A stretch of DNA of 64,000 nt from Flavobacteriales bacterium (lineage in GTDB: Bacteria > Bacteroidota > Bacteroidia > NS11-12g > UBA955): the NCBI GenBank assembly GCA_947463095.1, contig CANHRE010000004.1, positions 11,077 to 75,076 on the forward strand, given 5' to 3'. Position 1 is the first letter of the stretch; each line of letters opens with the position of its first letter. Both the position numbers and the translations under genes were made by a program. The notes beneath the pieces were generated by a model. It searched no databases. It was not told the DNA's origin and saw nothing but the letters and a program-made list of their open reading frames with translations. Below are positions 30,203 through 39,989 of the stretch, one piece after another.

Positions 30203-31573
30203 TTGTTGTTACACGATACCATCACCATCGCCCTGCTTGGCATGCTTGTGCTGGCAGCAGTTGGGTTTTCAGCCCGGCTGCTTCAGGCAGGTGGCAATAA
30301 ACTTGTTTCCCGAAAGCTGCTGCATGTGATGGCCATTGGTTGTTGTGCTTTTGCCTTGGGCGGCCTGCATGTTCCGGCACTGATGATATGGATTACAGCC
30401 CTGGTTTATCCGCTGCTGGCCTGGTTGGTGTCGAGGAAGAAATTCCAACATGAAGATACCCGGCCGGCCTGGGGTATTTTATGGTTTCCTCCGGCCATGT
30501 GCAGCATCTGGTACTTTTCCGGCAGCCCAGCCATCACCGCGGCTGCAATGGGTGTTCTGGCCATCTCTGATGCTGCCGCAGCATTGATTGGCGCTTCCTT
30601 GGGACGTATGGAGTTTACCCTCACCGGCGATAAAAAATCCATACCGGGAAGTATAGCCTTTTTCATCACCGCCCTGGCTTTTCTGGCAGCGTGCAGGAGT
30701 GGCGGAATGATCCTGGGTTCTGATGGCATCCTCTTGATGGCGGCCCTGTGCGGTACCCTCCTGGAGGCTATGGGCTCCGGTGGAAGAGATAATTTCTTCG
30801 TTCCTGTTGGTGTGGCCCTGGCATTATCCGCTCCGGATATGCCTGAACTTACCCTCGGCGCCTGGTTGATCCTGCCTCTGTGCTACCTTTTATTCAGGCT
30901 GGGCTGGTTAAGTGCATCAGGGGCGGTTGCCGTTTGGTGCCTCGCCATGGGCATAGTGGCTTGTGCCGGTGCTGCATTCTTACTCCCCCCCCTGGTATTC
31001 TTGGTACTGGGTACCCTGATGGGCAAGCTGCCTGGGAAGAAATCACAGGACTCAAAACAGGGAAAAGCCAGAGATCACCTTCAGGTATGGTGTAATGGCG
31101 GGGTGGCCTTACTGGCGCTATGGCTGGGCGGAACAGTTGGCCCGCTGCTGTTCCTCATTTCCATTGCCATAAGCTGCGCCGATACCTGCAGCAGCGAATG
31201 GGGAACCCGCTTTGGCAAGATTACCGTTCATCCCTTTACCCTGAAACGCATGTCTTCTGGTGAATCGGGGGGCATGAGCCTGGCAGGAACTATGGCGGCT
31301 CTGCCGGCAGCGGCTTGTATTGCGCTGTTTGCCGATGATACCCAGCAATTGCTTTGGGTCAGCGCCGCCGGTTTTGCAGGCATGTGGCTGGATAGCCTGC
31401 TGGGCGCCACCATTCAGGCAAAGTTTAAAACCCCCGAAGGCGCAGTTGCCGAGTCGTTTCTACAGGGATATACCCTCCAGTCTGGCTGGCGCTTTGTAGA
31501 TAACGACCTTGTGAACATCCTGTCAAATGCCCTCACAACCACCATGGCCGCCATCTTGATCTTGGCCGCCTGA
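30203..31573 (+). CDS. Two-domain membrane protein: N-terminal CdsA/dolichol-phytol-kinase-like domain fused to a C-terminal DUF92 (COG1836; VTE6 phytyl-phosphate-kinase-like) domain
   Basis: 456 aa. The N-terminal half carries ISDAAAALIGASLGR…GDKKSIPGSIAFFI, a CTP-dependent polyprenol-kinase-type motif. The C-terminal half carries the DUF92 hallmark ISCADTCSSEWGTRFG (ADTxxSExG). Confidence 0.55.
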   Translation: MLLHDTITIALLGMLVLAAVGFSARLLQAGGNKLVSRKLLHVMAIGCCAFALGGLHVPALMIWITALVYPLLAWLVSRKKFQHEDTRPAWGILWFPPAMCSIWYFSGSPAITAAAMGVLAISDAAAALIGASLGRMEFTLTGDKKSIPGSIAFFITALAFLAACRSGGMILGSDGILLMAALCGTLLEAMGSGGRDNFFVPVGVALALSAPDMPELTLGAWLILPLCYLLFRLGWLSASGAVAVWCLAMGIVACAGAAFLLPPLVFLVLGTLMGKLPGKKSQDSKQGKARDHLQVWCNGGVALLALWLGGTVGPLLFLISIAISCADTCSSEWGTRFGKITVHPFTLKRMSSGESGGMSLAGTMAALPAAACIALFADDTQQLLWVSAAGFAGMWLDSLLGATIQAKFKTPEGAVAESFLQGYTLQSGWRFVDNDLVNILSNALTTTMAAILILAA

Positions 31574-31582
31574 GTGCGGGAT

Positions 31583-32560
31583 TTATAGCTTCACGCAAGT
31601 GCCATTTTTGCACGTATATCCGGCAGGGCAGGTGTTCCCGCAACGGCCACAGTTTTTGCTGTCATTGTTCAGGTCAAACCCTTCATCCGTTTGGTTGTCG
31701 CAATTGTTGTCCTGACCATCGCAAACTTCCGCAGCAATGGGGTTCACCTTCGGATCATTGTCGTTACAGTCATAAGGAAGGTTCACATAGCCCGGTATCA
31801 GTACATCATCCTCAAGCCAGATGTTCGTGTTGCCAAAACCATCGTCGTCCTTGTCCATATACTGACGAACCGCGTCTGCACCATCGCAGTCTTCATCAAT
31901 GTCATTGCCGGTAATTTCCTGGGCGCCTGGATGTACGAGGCTGTTGGTGTCGTTGCAGTCGGTAGAGTCTACGATGAAGCCCCCTGGCGCCCCGTTCCCG
32001 ATGTAGCGCTTTTGCCGGTTGCCGTACCCGTCCTGGTCCTGATCTCTGAACCATTGTCCTGCATCTTTTCCATCGCAGTCTTCGTCAATGCCGTTGTTCG
32101 GTATCTCGGCAGCGCCCGGATAGATGCGCTTGTTTGAGTCATTGCAGTCGCTGCCCCGGGCAATGTAACCGGATGGCGCACTATTGCCGTACTTCCTGAT
32201 GTTCGGATTGCCGTAACCGTCCAAGTCGCTGTCGCGATACCACACCTTCCCGTCAAACCCGTCGCAATCCTGGTCTATTCCGTCGTCGTTGAGCTCCACA
32301 GCCCCTGGATGTATAGATGAGTCTGCATCATTACAATCTGAGGCGTTCAGCACATAACCTGATGGTTGTTCGCAGCGTGAAAGACCATTGGCAGCGTGTC
32401 CATAGCCATCTCCATCATCATCGCGGTAATAGGTTTGTTTGTTTTTACATTCCCGTTCACAGGATGACAATAAGAATGTCCCGGGAATCATCAGCAGAGC
32501 TGCGATGTGGAACAAATGTACCGGCAAGTGTTTAAAGGATAACATAGTGCAAGAATGCAC
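31583..32560 (-). CDS. Lipoprotein built from about five tandem MopE-like putative metal-binding repeats
   Basis: 325 aa with signal and lipobox (…FLLSSC|E). The repeat unit is (W)YRDxDxDGYGN…(G)Y…DCND…(I/V)xPGAxExxxNGIDxDCDG, with about 50 aa per unit and about 150 bp periodicity in the DNA. Confidence 0.7.
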   Translation of the reverse strand: MHSCTMLSFKHLPVHLFHIAALLMIPGTFLLSSCERECKNKQTYYRDDDGDGYGHAANGLSRCEQPSGYVLNASDCNDADSSIHPGAVELNDDGIDQDCDGFDGKVWYRDSDLDGYGNPNIRKYGNSAPSGYIARGSDCNDSNKRIYPGAAEIPNNGIDEDCDGKDAGQWFRDQDQDGYGNRQKRYIGNGAPGGFIVDSTDCNDTNSLVHPGAQEITGNDIDEDCDGADAVRQYMDKDDDGFGNTNIWLEDDVLIPGYVNLPYDCNDNDPKVNPIAAEVCDGQDNNCDNQTDEGFDLNNDSKNCGRCGNTCPAGYTCKNGTCVKL

Positions 32561-32812
32561 ATTGCTTTTTCGTCAGCATACGCTGTTTCAGGAGGGTTTC
32601 ATTTCAGTTCACCAGATACAGCGTTCATTGCTTCAATCGTTGTAAATTACTGCATAAGGTAAATGCAACAGCAATTGTGATGTCAACAGCAGTACCGCCG
32701 GCTTTCCTTAGCCAGTCATGAGGCGGGCGATTGCCGGTATTGGAAATAAAATGGCTTCACGCAATGTGAACCCGGTCCTTGCGTTTTTGGAATTAATTTT
32801 GAAAAGCACTTA

Positions 32813-35530
32813 ATGATGTTGAAGAAAATCCTGAAAATTTCCGGTATTGCCATTGGGCTGTTGCTGCTCACCGTTTTTCTGTTGCCTTTCCTGTTTAAAG
32901 GGAAGCTTGTGAAAGCGGTGAAGAACTATGCAAATTCAGCATTACTGGCCAGGGTTGATTTTAATGAAGATGTACAGCTCAGTCTGTTCAGGAGCTTTCC
33001 CCGTCTAAGCATAGGCTTGTCTGATGTGCGCATTTCCGGAGTAGATTCTTTCTCAAGGGATACGCTCCTGAAGGCCGAAGGCATATATCTTTCTGTGGAT
33101 GTACTGTCTTTGTTCGGTAAAGGTCCGGTGAAGGTGTCTCACATCACTCTGGACCGTCCTGGGATCTGCCTGAAGGTGCTGGAATCAGGAAGGGCCAACT
33201 GGGATATTGTAAAGCCCGATTCCGCCATCAGGCCGGCCGATACCACGGCTTCCAGCTTCAGGCTGGCCCTGCAAAGCCTGAAACTAAACAAGGCCAATAT
33301 TGAATACGACGACCGATCGCTGGGTTTTGGCCTTCAGATGAAAGACCTGCAGCACGAATTAAGTGGTGATTTTACCGCCGACCGCTTCCTGCTGCGCACC
33401 ATAACCCAGTCTCCTGATTTTACGATGAGCTATGGAGGCGTTTCCTGGCTTTCTCATGTGAAAACGGAACTCAAAGCCGATCTCGACATGGACATGAAGG
33501 CCATGCGCTTTACCTTCAGCAAAGGAAATTTGGCACTCAACGGCCTGAACTTGGGTGCCGAAGGGTTTGTTGACCTCAACGACTCGGATATGGATATGGA
33601 CCTCCGTGTTCAGGCCCTGCAACAGGATTTTAAATCATTTTTATCCATCATCCCCGGCATGTACCAGTCTTCATTTAAGCAGTTGCGTGCTTCGGGGAAC
33701 CTGCAATGCGCTGCCTTTGTGAAGGGGAAATACAGCGAACAGCAGCTTCCGGCCTTCCAGGTGAAGCTGAATATACAGGACGGCAGTTTCCGTTATCCAG
33801 ATTTACCCTATGGCGCAGATCAGATTCAGCTGGCTTTGCTGGTGAACAACCCGGATGGTGTTGCCGACCATACGCTGGTGGATTTGAATAAGTTTCATGC
33901 AATGCTGGCCGGCAAGGCGCTAGATGCATCTCTGTTGGTGAAAACGCCGGTTTCAGATCCGGAGCTGAAGGCGTCTCTGCGCGGCGATGTAGATTTGAGC
34001 CGCTTCGCCGGCCTGATTCCCCTGTCAGCGGGCACGCGCCTGAGCGGTTTGGTACACGCCGATGTCCAGGCTGCAGGCCGCTATGCCGCCATAGAAGCAG
34101 GTAGGTATGAGGATTTTATGGCTCAGGGTGCCATTGTGCTGAACCAGATTCAATACAGCAGCGGCAACTCGCAGCCTGCCTTGCTGCTCCAGTCGGCACA
34201 ACTGGACTTCAACCCGAAAGAACTCGCTATGCCACTGTGCAAGGGAACTTATGGGAAATCTGATTTTGACATGAAGGGCAGCCTGCGTCAGTTTATCGCT
34301 TATGCGCTGGGGAAATCAACCCTTGAAGGTTCTTTGGATCTGAACAGCCGCCTGCTGAACGTAAACGAGTTTTTAACCACGGCGGCGCCTGCCGAACCCG
34401 CAGCCTCCGATACACTTCCCCTGGAAGCAGTCATCCTGCCGCGAAACCTGAAGCTCAGCATAGGTATGGCGGTGGACAGACTGATATACGACAACCTTAC
34501 GCTGGATGCGGTGAAGGGAACAGCAAAGCTGGAGGACGGCAGGCTGGACCTTGCCGGGCTGAGTGCCGGGATTCTGGGAGGAACCATCGCGCTGGACGGC
34601 GTCTACGACAGCCGCAACAGCGACAACCCATTGGCCAATCTGAACATCAGTGCTGCTTCCATCAGCATCCCAGAGAGTTTCCGTTATTTCCCGATTATCC
34701 GCAAGTTTGCCCCGGTGGCACGCTATGCGAAGGGGCTTTTTTCTGCCGATATATCCTTCAACAGTGTCTTCAACCACCTATTGAAACCCAATTATAAAAC
34801 CATGGATGTAACAGGCGTGGTGAGGATCAGCCAGGCGGCGCTGGAACAACTGGAGCTGGTGAAGAAGTTGTCGGAGCAAATGAACATACCAGTTATTCAA
34901 AGCCTTGACTTAAAGAACCAACGCTTTGCATTCAGCATCAACAAAGGGGTATTCAGCTTGAAAGATTCTCTGGACCTGAACCTGCCGGGGGGTATACAGA
35001 TGAAGTTGGGCGGCGGCAGCCTGTTGGATGAAACGCTGCAGTATGGCGGCAGGATGATGGTACCGGTGAAAACCATGAAAGCAGGTAACCCCCTGCTGGG
35101 TGCCTGGCAGCAGGAAGCTGCGCGTAAGGGAATACAGGTAACAGCACCTGAACGGCTGCCGCTCGACTTCAGCATCGGAGGAACCATCCTTCAGCCCCAG
35201 GTAAAGGTGGCGCTGCGCTCTGCGGTCAATCAGGCGGCTGCCGACTTAAAAGCCCAGGCGAAAAAGGTGCTGGAACAACAGAAGGCGGCGGCAGAGCAAA
35301 GGGTTAAAGACAGTTTAAACCAGTTGAAATTAAAGAGCCAACAGGAAGCGGAACGCTACAAGGCGGAGGCTGCACAAAAGCTGGAGCAGGAGAAACGTGC
35401 GGCGGAAGCTAAATTGGCGGAAGAGAAGAAAAAGGTTGAGGAAGAAGCAAAGCGTAAGGTAGAGGCGGAGAAGCTGAAGCTGAAACAGCAGTTAAGAGAT
35501 AAGTTGAAACAAGGCGGAGGCCCCCAGTGA
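32813..35530 (+). CDS. AsmA-family protein (large periplasm-spanning envelope-assembly protein)
   Basis: 905 aa. There is an N-terminal TM anchor (ISGIAIGLLLLTVFLLPFLF) and a long repetitive beta-rich body. The C-terminal ~100 aa are K/E/A-rich (…AEAKLAEEKKKVEEEAKRKVEAEKLKLKQQLRDKLKQGGGPQ). Confidence 0.75.
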   Translation: MMLKKILKISGIAIGLLLLTVFLLPFLFKGKLVKAVKNYANSALLARVDFNEDVQLSLFRSFPRLSIGLSDVRISGVDSFSRDTLLKAEGIYLSVDVLSLFGKGPVKVSHITLDRPGICLKVLESGRANWDIVKPDSAIRPADTTASSFRLALQSLKLNKANIEYDDRSLGFGLQMKDLQHELSGDFTADRFLLRTITQSPDFTMSYGGVSWLSHVKTELKADLDMDMKAMRFTFSKGNLALNGLNLGAEGFVDLNDSDMDMDLRVQALQQDFKSFLSIIPGMYQSSFKQLRASGNLQCAAFVKGKYSEQQLPAFQVKLNIQDGSFRYPDLPYGADQIQLALLVNNPDGVADHTLVDLNKFHAMLAGKALDASLLVKTPVSDPELKASLRGDVDLSRFAGLIPLSAGTRLSGLVHADVQAAGRYAAIEAGRYEDFMAQGAIVLNQIQYSSGNSQPALLLQSAQLDFNPKELAMPLCKGTYGKSDFDMKGSLRQFIAYALGKSTLEGSLDLNSRLLNVNEFLTTAAPAEPAASDTLPLEAVILPRNLKLSIGMAVDRLIYDNLTLDAVKGTAKLEDGRLDLAGLSAGILGGTIALDGVYDSRNSDNPLANLNISAASISIPESFRYFPIIRKFAPVARYAKGLFSADISFNSVFNHLLKPNYKTMDVTGVVRISQAALEQLELVKKLSEQMNIPVIQSLDLKNQRFAFSINKGVFSLKDSLDLNLPGGIQMKLGGGSLLDETLQYGGRMMVPVKTMKAGNPLLGAWQQEAARKGIQVTAPERLPLDFSIGGTILQPQVKVALRSAVNQAAADLKAQAKKVLEQQKAAAEQRVKDSLNQLKLKSQQEAERYKAEAAQKLEQEKRAAEAKLAEEKKKVEEEAKRKVEAEKLKLKQQLRDKLKQGGGPQ

Positions 35531-36429
35531 GCATGCTTACCCGCATCAAGGTGGGAGGGTTTGAGCTGATGTTGCTCTCGGCGTTCTTCTTTTCCCTGAT
35601 GAATGTGCTGGCCCGGCTGCTTCCTGCCATCCCTGCGGTAGAGCTCGCCTTCTTCAGAAGCATCATCACCCTGCTGCTCAGCGTTGGTATGCTCCGATGG
35701 CAAGGGCAGTCTGTTTGGGGCAACAATAAAAAACTGCTGCTGATGCGCGGTCTCTTTGGGTCTGCCGGCCTGATTATGTATTTCATGACCTTGCAGCAAA
35801 TGGAATTGGCTTCGGCGGTAGTAATCCAGTATTTGTCGCCGGTATTTGCAGGCTTAATCGCCTGGCTGGTTTTGGGAGAGCGCTCCAGGCGAATACAATG
35901 GTTGTTCCTGGGCCTCTGTGTGCTGGGGGTAGCCCTGGTAAAAGGATTTGGCGGGGTAGAAACAAGGTGGTTTCTGGTAGGCCTGAGCAGCGCTTTTTTT
36001 TCCGGTTGTGCCTACAATGTAATACGAGCCTTGAGTGGGAAGGAGTCCCCAAACGTCATCCTGTTCTATTTCCCCGTGGTAACGCTGCCCATTACACTGT
36101 TTTGGATCTTGCTCTTTCCCGGTCAATGGGTGCAGCCTTCCGGCTCCGATTGGCTCCTGCTGCTGCTGTTCGGATTGTTTACCCAGGCAGGACAATACTT
36201 CATGACCCGCGCTTATCAGGCCGATCAGGTGAGCAAAGTAACTCCTGCAACTTATACCGGCGTTGTTTACAGTTTATGCTTCGGGTGGTTTCTGTTTGGC
36301 GAGCAAAGCGGCTTTTATGAACTTCTGGGCATGCTCCTGGTGGTAGCTGGTGTGGTGCTGAATACCCAGGTTGAACGCATCAACCGCTGGTGGAAAAAAG
36401 AAAACCCGTCGGAATTGACGGGTTTATAA
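35527..36429 (+). CDS. DMT-superfamily (EamA-like) transporter
   Basis: 300 aa with 10 TM helices arranged as two EamA-like halves. Its start overlaps the AsmA stop. Confidence 0.7.
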   Translation: MSMLTRIKVGGFELMLLSAFFFSLMNVLARLLPAIPAVELAFFRSIITLLLSVGMLRWQGQSVWGNNKKLLLMRGLFGSAGLIMYFMTLQQMELASAVVIQYLSPVFAGLIAWLVLGERSRRIQWLFLGLCVLGVALVKGFGGVETRWFLVGLSSAFFSGCAYNVIRALSGKESPNVILFYFPVVTLPITLFWILLFPGQWVQPSGSDWLLLLLFGLFTQAGQYFMTRAYQADQVSKVTPATYTGVVYSLCFGWFLFGEQSGFYELLGMLLVVAGVVLNTQVERINRWWKKENPSELTGL

Positions 36430-36454
36430 GATTCATGGGTGTATGATCGGTACT

Positions 36455-37366
36455 TCAGGGGTTGATGAGCCGCAAGGTCTCACGTCCGGCTGAGGTTTCT
36501 ATCTGCAATAAATACAAACCTGCAGGCAGGTGCGCTATCGAAAATTGTTTTATGTTGCCCTGAAGACAGGTTTTGCCTTCTGTATTCAACAGTTGAATAT
36601 TCCGTATGGGTGCGTCCGTGCGCAATTCGAACAGGCCATTGCCCAGCGCGCAGAGTTTTGAGCTCGATGCCACAGTTGTCTGAACAGCATTTCCGGCGGC
36701 AGGCGCAAACCTGAATATCGAATTCGCAGCAGGTACCGAAGTCAGCGGGCCAGCGCCGGTGACAAATGAACTGTAAGAAACTGGTGAAGCCGGATTACCC
36801 TTAAGGCCGTATGCTGTGGTGCCATTGTAATCAACAAGGTAGGCATAAGGACCTGTTTCTCCGTTCCATGAGAATGGATTCTTCACGCTGGAAGGTCCAT
36901 AGTGGTATTCAATAATGCCACCCTGTTCGTAAAACCATACCTGATAGCTGATGGAATCAAATCCCAGGGTATCATAGGTGAACCCCATGTATCCCCATTC
37001 AATTTTGAAGATGCGGTTGGGGCTGCTTCCGTCGGTAGTTTGTGCAATATAGCTTTTCCCGTCTTTGCGGGGTGAAAGGTCCGCGCCAAATGCCGAGGCT
37101 TCGTCGTCAAACTCAAACTCCGTGATGGCAAAATTGCTGTTGCCCCAAACGATGATGCTGTCGCTGATGGCTTTCCCGAAATACGGTATAGCGAACGATG
37201 TTTTATACATGGTATCAAACAGCGAATTCGTGTCCTTAAAGGTGCGCTTTGAAGCACTAAGGTGTTGATAGGTATTGTTGCGCAGGCTGTGCGTATAGGT
37301 CTGTCCCCAGGCGCAGTTCATAAACGCCAGGATAAGGGTGCAGCAGGTAACGATGGTCCTTAACAT
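36455..37366 (-). CDS. Secreted protein with a T9SS C-terminal sorting domain
   Basis: 303 aa with a signal peptide. The C-terminus is …IQLLNTEGKTCLQGNIKQFSIAHLPAGLYLLQIETSAGRETLRLINP, which is typical of a Por/T9SS CTD. Confidence 0.7.
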   Translation of the reverse strand: MLRTIVTCCTLILAFMNCAWGQTYTHSLRNNTYQHLSASKRTFKDTNSLFDTMYKTSFAIPYFGKAISDSIIVWGNSNFAITEFEFDDEASAFGADLSPRKDGKSYIAQTTDGSSPNRIFKIEWGYMGFTYDTLGFDSISYQVWFYEQGGIIEYHYGPSSVKNPFSWNGETGPYAYLVDYNGTTAYGLKGNPASPVSYSSFVTGAGPLTSVPAANSIFRFAPAAGNAVQTTVASSSKLCALGNGLFELRTDAPIRNIQLLNTEGKTCLQGNIKQFSIAHLPAGLYLLQIETSAGRETLRLINP

Positions 37367-37403
37367 GATGCAAATTTAATCTTTGGGTTAAAGTGACGTT
37401 CAT

Positions 37404-37437
37404 AAAAAAAGCCCCCGGAATTCCGGGGGCTTTTTTT
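37404..37437. terminator. Rho-independent terminator (perfectly palindromic)
   Basis: AAAAAAA-GCCCCCGGAATTCCGGGGGC-TTTTTTT between the stop of the 866-aa T9SS gene and the start of the next T9SS gene. Confidence 0.8.
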
Positions 37438-37454
37438 ATGACGTAGAAGTCTTT

Positions 37455-39989
37455 TTAGTTTTTTGAAACGCGGTGTGTGATGTTCACCAGGCCGTCGGTG
37501 AAATTCACCAGGTACAGGCCATTTGCCATGTTGCTGAAGTCGATGGTTTTTACTTCGGCAGCATTGTAGGTGCCCAGGATTTTACCGGTAAGGTCGCTAA
37601 CGGTTACAACACCTTTTTCGGCATTGACAACGTCAAGCTTCAACATTCCGGAAACAGGGTTGGGGTAAACGTCAAACTGAACCAGCGGATTGCCGTTGCG
37701 GTCTAGCTGGGAAGCTTTGTTGCGCTGGGTAGCAATTTCATTGCCACTCACGCCTTCACCGGCAATCATCATGGGTGCAGTCAGATCTTTATCCATCGAA
37801 CCGGTGGCGAACAGGGTAGCAGTGTTGGCTGAAACGTTGCCGCGGAGGTAAGGGGCGTCGTTGCCGTTCTTGCCACCATCAACCCAACCATTGCTGCCTG
37901 AGTAGTTATAAGCTACGCGCAGTTTGCCGGAAGTCCAGCGAGTAGGGATATTAGCAAGAAATACGTGTGCCTTGAAGGTGCTTGAGCCGCTCACGCGATC
38001 AATCTTCCAGTATTCAGTGGACATCACGGTATCCAGTGGGCTGTTTACAGTGTTTGTGCCGCTGTAGCCTGTAGGGAAATACTCCACTTTAAAGGTATTG
38101 GAGCCGCTGATGCTTTCAACGCGGGCAGGAGCGTAGGTTGAACCTTTGCCTACGGGGAAGAAGCTGTAAAGCCTCCACGCAGAACCTTTGGTAATGTTCA
38201 TACTCAACGGACCGTCAACGTAAGAGTCTGCGCTGCCATTACCGGTGAGCATGAAAAATGCGTTGGTGATGGTGAGGTCAAACGTAGATGGCTTAACAAT
38301 ACCCTTGGTGAAGGCAACACGCTTGATATCCCAGTTGCTGGCAAGGGTTACACTTCCTCCGGTTTTGTTGAACTCAACGTTCTCACCGAATTGGTCGCGT
38401 GCATTGGAACTGAACTTCACAGTTTGGTTTCTGTTGCCCATGAATATCATTTTTCCGGGAAGTGAACCTGCTGAGTTATTCACGGGAGTTTCAGCAGTGA
38501 AGTTGCCATAGATATGCATCTGTGCATTCCCAATGTAGGCGCGTGAAGTAGCAGGGATGGTGAAATCACCAAGGATGGCCCAGCAGTCAGTTCCTGAAGC
38601 GAAGTTCAGACCCACACCATTGGAAGGGTTGGCACTATTCGGCATGTTTACCACCACGTGGTTGAAGTACACGGTATCATTGTTGTGCACGAATCCGGAC
38701 ATGCTGGCAGTATTGTTCAGACATACCACACCGCTTTGAGCATCAAAAGATGTTTCATTGGCGAAGTTCCAGCTGCCGTTATAAAACAGCGTGTCGTCAT
38801 CGGGAGCAATCAGTTTACCGCCGTTGGTAACCACGATTCCGCCGTTGCCACCATTGATCTTGGCATTGGTTGAACCATCAAAAGTCAGAATGCCACGGGT
38901 AACACGGGTAACATAACCGGTCCAGCCGATTTCCTGTTTGTTGAGCACCGTTACGCGATTAGAAGAACTTGATTTATCTACGGTGATGTTGTGCGCACCT
39001 TTCAGAGGTGTGTTTACAATATACACACCGTTTCCTGATCCGGTGAAGCCAATGTGCGGAGCACCGTTTACACCTACAAAGTTGGTTGATACGTTGTTGG
39101 CCATGCTGCTGTGAACCATCACCGTGTCGCGTGATCCAATCATGTCAATCTGGCTGTTGGTGCTCCACTCGTTCAGGCTGGCTTCCATGATGGAAAGACG
39201 CTGAAGGGCAATGATTCTGGAACCTTTACCGGCACCGAGGGTTTTGTTCACACGCAGGTAAGCAGGGGTAGTGATGTCGCCTGCACCGTCTGCCTTCTTG
39301 TCAATTTCAATGATGAAGAGGTTGAATTCAGAATTGTTTGTGTTGATGGTGCCTTCAGTAGATCCGATGAAACGCACCAGACCATTGTTGTGTATAAAGG
39401 TGCCTAATGATTCGCGATACAAGTCACCACGAATTTTAACCACAGCCTTAGGGTTCTTTGAATAACCGTCAGGAGCATTGAAGCGTGAGTAGTTCCTCAG
39501 CGAAAGGTTCCTTATGTCAACTGTGGAATTACTGTATGAATTGAACTGGCTGTTGCCCATCGACAAGGTTCCTGTAATGATGCAATGGTTGGCACTGACG
39601 ATAGATCCAAACCCCATGGTGATGTTCCTCGCCCTGAAGGTGTCGTTGGTAAGTGCGCCAAAGATAGAGCCACCATTCAGTGAAATGTCATTGGCACGAA
39701 GTGAAGAAGTGCCTTTGATGGAAATACGCTTGGTGTAGCTTTGAGGACAGGTGATGTTATTCACGCGCACTGCAGTGAAGATGTCGCAATCGGAGTTGTT
39801 TCCGAAAGTTACATTGTCATCACAATCCGGTGCACCTGCGGGCGACCAATTTCCGCTGGTTTCCCATTTGAAATCGCTGGCACCATTGGTCCAGGTTTTT
39901 GAGGTCGCAATGCCGTCGCCACAAGCTTGTGCGAAGGTCATTTGGGTCCCTGCGCACAGGGCCACAAATGATAAGAGTAGTTTTTTCAT
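37455..39989 (-). CDS. Large secreted protein (about 845 aa mature) with a T9SS C-terminal sorting domain; probable beta-helix/adhesin-like cargo
   Basis: Signal peptide MKKLLLSFVALCAGTQMTFAQA. The body is rich in N/G/S/T repeats. The C-terminal CTD is …VYPNPVSGMLKLDVVNAEKGVVTVSDLTGKILG…GLYLVNFTDGLVNITHRVSKN. The ORF track's start at 40055 adds 22 aa with no signal peptide, which is unlikely to be real. Confidence 0.7.
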   Translation of the reverse strand: MKKLLLSFVALCAGTQMTFAQACGDGIATSKTWTNGASDFKWETSGNWSPAGAPDCDDNVTFGNNSDCDIFTAVRVNNITCPQSYTKRISIKGTSSLRANDISLNGGSIFGALTNDTFRARNITMGFGSIVSANHCIITGTLSMGNSQFNSYSNSTVDIRNLSLRNYSRFNAPDGYSKNPKAVVKIRGDLYRESLGTFIHNNGLVRFIGSTEGTINTNNSEFNLFIIEIDKKADGAGDITTPAYLRVNKTLGAGKGSRIIALQRLSIMEASLNEWSTNSQIDMIGSRDTVMVHSSMANNVSTNFVGVNGAPHIGFTGSGNGVYIVNTPLKGAHNITVDKSSSSNRVTVLNKQEIGWTGYVTRVTRGILTFDGSTNAKINGGNGGIVVTNGGKLIAPDDDTLFYNGSWNFANETSFDAQSGVVCLNNTASMSGFVHNNDTVYFNHVVVNMPNSANPSNGVGLNFASGTDCWAILGDFTIPATSRAYIGNAQMHIYGNFTAETPVNNSAGSLPGKMIFMGNRNQTVKFSSNARDQFGENVEFNKTGGSVTLASNWDIKRVAFTKGIVKPSTFDLTITNAFFMLTGNGSADSYVDGPLSMNITKGSAWRLYSFFPVGKGSTYAPARVESISGSNTFKVEYFPTGYSGTNTVNSPLDTVMSTEYWKIDRVSGSSTFKAHVFLANIPTRWTSGKLRVAYNYSGSNGWVDGGKNGNDAPYLRGNVSANTATLFATGSMDKDLTAPMMIAGEGVSGNEIATQRNKASQLDRNGNPLVQFDVYPNPVSGMLKLDVVNAEKGVVTVSDLTGKILGTYNAAEVKTIDFSNMANGLYLVNFTDGLVNITHRVSKN

